Under the pieces are notes generated by a model. The model was given only the letters and a program-made list of their open reading frames with translations. It ran no database searches and was not told the DNA's origin. DNA of 64,000 bases, from contig CAWANP010000008.1 of NCBI GenBank assembly GCA_963783445.1, positions 14,986-78,985 of the forward strand, written 5' to 3'. Shown piece by piece: positions 57,298 to 64,000 of the stretch. The translations under genes were made by a program, and so were the position numbers. Numbering within the stretch: position 1 is the stretch's first letter; the number at the start of each line of letters is the position of its first letter. The DNA comes from an uncultured Chloroflexia bacterium. GTDB lineage: Bacteria > Chloroflexota > Anaerolineae > JAAYZQ01.

Positions 57298-58674
57298 TCA
57301 GGACAAGAGCAGGTGAGGCGCCATTTCCTCAACGTAAGGCATCAGCTGGCCCAGCACGGTATGTACAGCCTCCGTGGCACGATCGATCTCCTGCTCGGTC
57401 ATGGGCGTAGATACGGCCAGCTCGCCGCGATAGGGCAGCCAGATGCCCTGGTTGAGCAAGCCCAACTGCAGCAGCATCAGCAACTGGCCCGCATCCCTGG
57501 CCGCCCGAGCAGCGTCGACCGCGGTATGGATCTCGCCACTGGTCCAGTGGATGTAGGCCAACGAACCCCGACCCGTGACATTGACTTGCAGCCCGTGTAC
57601 AGTGAAGGCATCGGTAATACCCTGTCGCAGTCGATCGCCAAGCCTGTTGATTCTGTCGATCTCGCTCTGCCCATAGTGCTTTAGCGTGGCGATGCCGGCA
57701 ACCATGGTAACGCTGTTCCCGTTAAAAGTACCCGAGTGCTTGAGGCTGTCCGGGCGCGTGGGGTTAAAGAGTTCCATGATCTCCGCCCGGCCGCTGATTG
57801 CGCCCACCGGGAATCCGCCGCCGATGATCTTGCCCAGCGTGGTAATGTCAGGCCTTACGCCATCCAGCAGCTGCCAGCCGCCCAGGCTCAGGCGAAAAGT
57901 CACCACTTCGTCAAAGATCAACAGCACGCCGTACTTGTCCGTCAGTTTCCTCAAGCCGGCGAGATAGCCCGCCCGCGCGGCCACCAAGCCGCCGGCATTC
58001 ATCATCGGCTCCACGATCACGGCGGCGATCCTGTGGTTGTAGGCGCTGAACGTTTCCTCGACGGCGTCCAGGTCGTTGAAGGGAACGACCATCATCGACT
58101 GCAAGAGGGTGTCCGGAATGCCTTGGCTTTCCTTGCGCAGGCGCGGCGGGCCCGCGGCATCGGCCGAAGCTGTGATATTGACCTCAGCAAAGTCGTGCGT
58201 CCCGTGGTAGCCGCCATCCATTTTAAGGATCACATCCTTACCGCTGTAGGCCCGGGCCAGCCTCATGGCCATCATGGTAGCCTCAGTGCCTGAATTGCAG
58301 AAACGGACGCGTTCCACGCTCGGGATCCTGCCGCTCAGCATGCCCGCCAGCTCGTACTGGCAGGCCGCCGGCGAGCCAAAGAGCGTCCCCTCGGCGACCT
58401 GGGCCTGGACCGCCTCGACGACAGCCGGGGGCGCATGTCCGTGGATGAGGCTCGTATAGTTGTTGCTAAAGTCGATGTACCGGTTCCCGTCGGCGTCATA
58501 GAGGATACAGCCCTCGCCCCGCTCCATGTACGTGGGATAGGGTTCAAAGTAGACCGACCGCCGCGTATCGCCCCCGGGGAGAACGCGGCTAGCGAGTTCA
58601 CAGTGGGCCCACGATCGTGGGGTCCGGTTCAGATAGTCGTCGATGATCCGCTGTACGACCGGATGCGTTGCCAC
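57298..58674 (-). CDS. Class III aminotransferase (glutamate-1-semialdehyde aminomutase-like)
   Basis: DADGNRYIDF, NSGTEATM, GGYHG, IFDEVVTFR, LGKIIGGGFP, HSGTFNGN; GTG start after AGGAGG. Confidence 0.88.
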   Translation of the reverse strand: MATHPVVQRIIDDYLNRTPRSWAHCELASRVLPGGDTRRSVYFEPYPTYMERGEGCILYDADGNRYIDFSNNYTSLIHGHAPPAVVEAVQAQVAEGTLFGSPAACQYELAGMLSGRIPSVERVRFCNSGTEATMMAMRLARAYSGKDVILKMDGGYHGTHDFAEVNITASADAAGPPRLRKESQGIPDTLLQSMMVVPFNDLDAVEETFSAYNHRIAAVIVEPMMNAGGLVAARAGYLAGLRKLTDKYGVLLIFDEVVTFRLSLGGWQLLDGVRPDITTLGKIIGGGFPVGAISGRAEIMELFNPTRPDSLKHSGTFNGNSVTMVAGIATLKHYGQSEIDRINRLGDRLRQGITDAFTVHGLQVNVTGRGSLAYIHWTSGEIHTAVDAARAARDAGQLLMLLQLGLLNQGIWLPYRGELAVSTPMTEQEIDRATEAVHTVLGQLMPYVEEMAPHLLLS

Positions 58675-58687
58675 AACAGTCCTCCTC

Positions 58688-60136
58688 CTAACCCTGCGTC
58701 CAATCGGGCGCAGCGACAGCGCGGGATGCGGCCCTGTCGCGCAGGTACTGCTTGATACGCTCCACGGCCTCCGCTGGTGCACCATAGGCAAGCGGCTCGC
58801 TGAGGATCTCTTGCACGCGCGCGTGCGCCCGCGCCAGCATGGTATACTGCTCTCCAGGTCGCCCGCTGCGATCAAAAGAGCCGCCATAGTAATGCTCGCC
58901 GCTGCGCAGCCAGGCCAGGGTGTGATCCGTCTCAAAGTAAGAACCGCCAATACCCACTTCTACCGCCGTCTCGTAGGCCAGCCGTTCGGTGTCCACCACG
59001 ATCTCGGTAGTGCAGCGATCGACGAATTCCCAGATGTCGTGGTCGATGACGAGGGACTCGTAGCTCTGGTGGGCTGCGTTCTTCAGCGGCCCCCCCATAA
59101 GAACGAGGTCCGCGCCACTCAAGGCGATCATCATGGTAAAGGCTGCCTTTTCAATGCCGGTCTGAATGTCCAGATAGTAGGGATCGCTGTAGCCACCCAT
59201 GCGCATGACCGGCAGCCCGTGCAGGCGGGTCATGGCCGCCTCGGCGCTGGCCAGCAGCATCGACTCCGGGGCGGCCAGGGAGAGGTTCGCGCCCTTCATG
59301 TTCATGACCGAGCCAACCGTGCTCTCCATGACCTTGGCTCCCGGCAGGATACTGTTGGCCAGGCACAGCATAAAAAGTACTTCGGCATTTTCGACCATCA
59401 GCGTGCCGGCCAGGGTAAAGGGCGTCGTGGCCCCCGCGGCTGTCATCGGCTCCACGTCTATGGGTACCCCCGCCTCCACGGCGCGACGCAGGACGCGGCA
59501 TTCCTCGTAGGCCATCTGGAGGGGGCTGGTCGTATTCACGCAGACCATGAGGTTGGGCTCTTGATCCAGGTTGCCTGATGCAGACGCGGCAGCAGCCAAC
59601 TCGATACACATCTGCATGCCGGCTTCCGTAGTCGGCGCCGTCAGCACCGGGTGGCCCATGATGGCCAGCGCCAGGCCCATGACCTCGGGATAGTCTATCT
59701 CGGGCAGCCCATCAGAGGCGGGGGCATCGATCACGACCGACCACTCGTAGCGGGGCAGGGCGCTCGTCAGGCGGCAGAGGTTGATGCTGTCCTGGCGGCG
59801 CACGGGACGGTTTTCAACGGCGCCATAGTCCAGGAAATTGGGCATTCTGACCCGCGATCCGGCCCGGGGCCTGTCGCTGGGCAGGGGCAGCGGAAGGCCG
59901 CGCAGGTCGAAGAGGCTGAATGACCCGGTGAGTTGATCTACCGCCTCAAGGATCATAGCCCTGGGCAAACGGACGACATCGGATTGCCCAGAGCCCCTTG
60001 CGCCTGCTCTTCTCAAGGTCTCGACGGCTTTGGGGTCGCCGACATGGACGCCCACATCCTCAAGAAGGCGGAGGGACTCGCCTTGGATCCTTTGCAGGGT
60101 ATCTTGGTCCAGCAGTGAAACCGATTTGTATGGCAT
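58688..60136 (-). CDS. Trimethylamine methyltransferase (MttB) superfamily protein, non-pyrrolysine
   Basis: SLRLLEDVGV, NTTSPL, GATTPFTLAGTL...NAEVL, APE, QTGIEK, VGIGGSY; no in-frame TAG. Confidence 0.88.
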   Translation of the reverse strand: MPYKSVSLLDQDTLQRIQGESLRLLEDVGVHVGDPKAVETLRRAGARGSGQSDVVRLPRAMILEAVDQLTGSFSLFDLRGLPLPLPSDRPRAGSRVRMPNFLDYGAVENRPVRRQDSINLCRLTSALPRYEWSVVIDAPASDGLPEIDYPEVMGLALAIMGHPVLTAPTTEAGMQMCIELAAAASASGNLDQEPNLMVCVNTTSPLQMAYEECRVLRRAVEAGVPIDVEPMTAAGATTPFTLAGTLMVENAEVLFMLCLANSILPGAKVMESTVGSVMNMKGANLSLAAPESMLLASAEAAMTRLHGLPVMRMGGYSDPYYLDIQTGIEKAAFTMMIALSGADLVLMGGPLKNAAHQSYESLVIDHDIWEFVDRCTTEIVVDTERLAYETAVEVGIGGSYFETDHTLAWLRSGEHYYGGSFDRSGRPGEQYTMLARAHARVQEILSEPLAYGAPAEAVERIKQYLRDRAASRAVAAPDWTQG

Positions 60137-60185
60137 TTGGCTAGGCGTCCTTTCAGACCTGCACAGGCAGGGAACTCCAGGGACA

Positions 60186-60214
60186 ATTGTACCTTATCGA
60201 ACGCGGGCTGTCAA
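60186..60214 (-). promoter_or_regulatory. sigma70 promoter for mttB-like operon
   Basis: Minus strand TTGACA-17bp-TACAAT. Confidence 0.7.
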
Positions 60215-60424
60215 TCGGGGGTAATCACTTTCGGCAATCGTTCACTCGCCATTGCCCGGGTGTTGATCGGCGGAATGAGCGGGGTCTCCGCACCGGATTG
60301 CCGATGCAATCAAGTACTGGCCGCGGGTGGCTCGCCGCCGGCAGGATAGGTCTGCATCGGTACCTCGTTGTTGGCCCAAGCCTTGACGATGGGGGCGAGA
60401 ATACGCCACAATACAGGGCAACAA

Positions 60425-60772
60425 TGCTCTTTTGAGCAGGCCCGTCGGCAGAGCGAGGTAGACAAGCGTCGGTTCGTGGGCGTCGCCGACAACGGCCCTC
60501 ACGTCGGCCGGGTCAGTGACGTTGGCAGTGCGGAAGTTGAGCATATCAACAACCGTCCGCATGACCTCGGGGGAGAGGCCGGAAGCATGTTGGTCGAGGG
60601 CCACCGCCATCCGCTCGCGGAAATCCTCCGGTGTTCAATCCCTGGTCGATGAGCCTAAAATGCTGAAGCCATCGGGCAGCAGGCCCTCCGCCGTCACTTG
60701 GGCAATGGCCGGCATCAGAAGGCGCGAGGTGAGGTCACCGGATGCACCGAACAGTACGATTCGCTGGATCAT
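60425..60772 (-). pseudogene. zwf: Glucose-6-phosphate dehydrogenase N-terminal fragment
   Basis: MIQRIVLFGASGDLTSRLLMPA...; in-frame TGA at 60635-60637; YLALP then loss of similarity. Confidence 0.75.
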
Positions 60773-60959
60773 AGTAGACTCTCTGGATTGCTGGTACCGA
60801 TCAACTTGCGAGCGAGTTCCCGCCGGCTATCGTTCTTGAGGGCCTGCGCGTCCGGACGCACCAAGTAGCTCACGATCGCCAGCAGGCGGTGGCCCAGGCG
60901 CAAGCGTTGGGACTTTTGCCGGTTGATGAGTAACCATCCGCAGCCATCTGGACTGACCA

Positions 60960-61848
60960 TCATACGTCATCAACTCCTGCAAATAGATCACGCTCTACCC
61001 CGCCACGCTCAAAGGGAGGGACCACTCGTGAAAACGTGTCAAACCGGACCAGCCGCCCCATCAGGTCGAGCACCCGGCTGCTGCTGCCGCCGGTCTGGCT
61101 AGTATGGCAGCGGGCAGCCAACTGGCTGGCTTGGAAGTAAGGCCTGATCCCGATTCTGGTCGTCACAGCCTGATCCACCTCGGCCAGACGCCGGAGATTG
61201 ATATCGTGGTTCCGCCCAAATGCCTCCGGGTTCTGCCCAAACAGGGGCAGTATCTTGACAAAGAGTCTTACCAGCCCGCGAGGGAAAGCCGTATAGTACA
61301 GCTTTTGCGGCTGGTAGGCAACCAAGCCTGGTACTAGCTGATCAGTGAAAGCGATCAAGGCTGCCGGCCGCATGGAAAGCCAGGGTGGTGGCCCGGTGTA
61401 TCTTGATGTGGTCAGGATGAAAATAGCCGCCGGTTGGATCGTGGGTGAGAACCACCTGTGGCTGGATCTGCCGGATCAGCCGGGTTATCTTTTCGGCGAC
61501 ATCCTCCAAGGGAGCCTGCATCAAAGAGGCTGGGTTTTGGTTCTCTGGCGTATCCTCCATGCCAGAATCATGATAGTCCAATATGTGCACCGCGGCCAGT
61601 CCAAGGTAGCCCGCCGCGCAGCACAGCTCTGCAGTACGCAATTCAGCCAGAGAGTCGTATCCCTCGAGAAGTTCGGGAGCCACATCGCCGGCCTCGCCCC
61701 GCGTGGCGCATACATAGTGGACGGCTACTCCCTGGCTGGCATAGCGCACGAGTGTCCCTGCTGGGCCAAATGACTCATCGTCGGGGTGAGCAAAGGCTAC
61801 CAGCAGGCGTAGTAGGGTATCAGGTTCTCTGAGTACGATCGATTCCAT
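60960..61848 (-). CDS. PIG-L family deacetylase (MshB/Mca-like); frameshift near 61350
   Basis: AHPDDE, ATRGEAG, DSGM, GGYFHPDH; C-terminal QKLYY...E.DLFAG in another frame. Confidence 0.85.
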
Positions 61849-61873
61849 TACTTCATACCTGCCTTGACCGCCG

Positions 61874-62991
61874 CTAGCTCGAATAGCGGTATCCGCTTCC
61901 AGCCAGCCGCCGAAACAGGGCCACGGCACCCACCAGCAGCGCCAGCAGTAGGCCCAGCCCGGCCAGCGTGCTGCCCCAGCGCAAGGGGATCTGGGCGCTG
62001 CCCTCCGGCATCGGGGGGACCTCGGGATCAAAATAGGGGTACAGGCGGTCGATGGCTGGCGTGGGTACCTGCGTCGTCCCAGCCAGCGCCAGGAACTCGT
62101 CAGCCAGGTATACCATCTCGTCCCGGGCCGCATTGGCATGTTTGGCCAGGGCCACCTCGATGAGTTCGCTTCCGAGCCGCCGCTGAAAGAAAAGAACCAA
62201 CAGCGGCTCGGGCAGCCAGGCCAAGGGCCTCAGCCTGGACGGTGTGATGGGCAAGCCCCGCGACTGCAGCACGCGAAAACCCTCCCGCATGGCCCGAATG
62301 GCCAGGACGATCAGATCGCGCGTCCGGGCCAGGCGGTAGTTGTCCGCGCCCGCCGCATAGAGCGCAGCCGCCAGCGAGGGCATCAGCAGGGCAACGTGGT
62401 ACTTGAGCCAGGTGTCCATGTCGGTCCGGATCTCGGCCCCGAATCCCGGCCCGCTCTCCAGGATGCTGGCTACCTGCAGGGTCCGAGCCGTTACGCAGCC
62501 ATCGACCTCGCCAAAGGGCACATTTGCCGGTTCCTCCTCCGTGCCGGTCAGGCAGTGGACGACATGGCCCTCGCGGTATCCGGCCGAGTTCGGGAATCCG
62601 ATGAGAACCCGCTCCTGGCCCAGCGCCTCGACCAGTTTGCCGGTCCAGCAGCGTTGTTCATCAGGAACAGGACGTTGGGCGTGTGCTCGTTGGCCGCCAG
62701 CACCGGCAGGATCTTCAGCGCGTGGTTCTTGCGCATGATGACCAGCACCAGGTCGTAGGCGTCGCCAGGCGCCAGCTCCTCGACGACGTTGACCCGGGTC
62801 ACGGTTCTCTGCTGGGTCACTGCGTCCTGCAACACGATGCCGTGCTCACGCAGATCGGCCAGGCGCTGCCCGCGGGCCAGGATCGAGACCTCGTTGCCGC
62901 CTTCCTGCAGCCGCGCGGCGAACAGGCTGCCCAGGGGGCCGGCGCCGTACACCAGTACGATTGGCGCTTCTGTCTTCTTGCATGGGTACAC
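61874..62991 (-). CDS. Ketopantoate reductase-like (PanE/ApbA) oxidoreductase with C-terminal hydrophobic tail; frameshift near 62640
   Basis: VYGAGPLGS, LARG, YDLVLV, FLMNN; WLKYH; tail LAGLGLLLALLVGAVALFRR. Confidence 0.78.
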
Positions 62992-63170
62992 TCACTTTCT
63001 GATTCTGACCTCTCACCATGATTTGGCCCAAGTAAGGGCGAGGCATCGCCAGCAACCGATTTCTCGAGCGGCGGCTGGCATATAGGAGTAAACTTCCAGA
63101 AATGGGACAGCTTTCCTGCGATGCCTCGCCCCTACGGAAGCAGGTGAACAAGGGCGTTGCACGCTATACT

Positions 63171-63972
63171 TCAGTCCTCAAGGCCGTGTCCATTTTCCAG
63201 CAGTTCTTTGAAGTGCTGGGCAAAACGCGCGGCCGGGGCGCCATCCACGATGTCATGGTCAAAGCTGAGGGTGACGCACAGAGTTTCGCGTTCCTCAAGC
63301 TGGCCGCCGACCCAGACCGGCCTTTGGACGATGCTGCCCAGGGTGACACCCAGGGTATAGAGGGGCATGGTGATGCCCCAGCCGGCGCCCTGGCCAAACA
63401 TGCCAACGGCGGTCAGGATGGTGGTGCCGACGTTGCTGCTTGGCCAAATGAGGGCTGCGAAAAAGGGCCTTCCACACCAGCCGCCGGAGGGGACCGGGTA
63501 CCAGGGTGTAGAGGGGGAGCAAGCGCTCGTACGGATTGGGCTGCCGCTTCCGCTCCGCCTGGTGGCCGCGGATCTCGTCGTGGATCTCGCGAAAGGTGCG
63601 CTTGTTGGCAGCGCGGATGACGTGGGGCAGGGGAAAGCGCTCATCGCCGTCCTGGACCTCGATCATGGTCGCCACATCTACCTCATCAAAGAGGACCAGT
63701 TGGTTGCGCCAGTTGCGAAGGCATGCATGTAGCGGTTTCGTGTCCACGGCCTGGCCCAGGCAAGCGAGGACGAAGGCGGTGAAGGACAGGGTTTCCCCCG
63801 TACGGGCTTTGTGCGCGGCAATGAGCGACCGGGCATCGGTGACGTCAGCCTCAATCAAAGCGTGGACGGTGTGCTTGCGGTGCCCCAGATGCAGAGCTAT
63901 CCACGTAAACCTGGCGCATCCGCGGAAAGGGCACGACGCGATGATTGGCCTGGGTTTTTTCCACGGCTGCAA
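63171..63972 (-). CDS. Stand-alone 2-oxoacid dehydrogenase E2-type acyltransferase catalytic domain; frameshifted (near 63440, 5' end uncertain)
   Basis: EADVT, LSFTAF, IRAAN, TLSFDHDIVDGAPAARF; no lipoyl domain seen. Confidence 0.8.
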
Positions 63973-64000
63973 CCTCTCTGTAATACAGCTAGTCCGCCGG

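Overview
GC-rich bacterial chromosomal segment, most likely from an anaerobic Chloroflexota (Anaerolineae-like) genome. That assignment is inferred from the mevalonate genes, MalT-like regulator, Thr/Pro-linker surface protein, non-pyrrolysine MttB and REP-like repeats. It holds about 58 protein-coding loci, and I found no rRNA, tRNA or CRISPR array. (1) At 1-4608, an archaeal-type lower mevalonate pathway (UbiD-type decarboxylase, two-subunit aconitase-X dehydratase, isopentenyl phosphate kinase) is followed by a second, GHMP-type (phospho)mevalonate decarboxylase with its own sigma70-like promoter. An IscU scaffold fused to an IscX-like domain comes next. (2) At 27573-39555, a co-oriented block carries a decayed ppk2, an ABC exporter pair, a GluR0-like ligand-gated K+ channel, a DUF2252 kinase-like protein, a KimA/KUP-like transporter fused to two USP domains, a NOX-like flavocytochrome and a 33-aa membrane microprotein. 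This is a candidate K+/stress-signalling module. (3) Also present are a rubredoxin-glutamate-synthase-like fusion paired with rubrerythrin, a LytS/LytTR module with candidate binding repeats, two ureohydrolases, an MttB-aminotransferase-cyclase operon, an IS982 remnant and a zwf remnant. Several genes carry isolated frameshifts that are probably assembly errors. All calls come from motif recognition by eye; no database searches were run.
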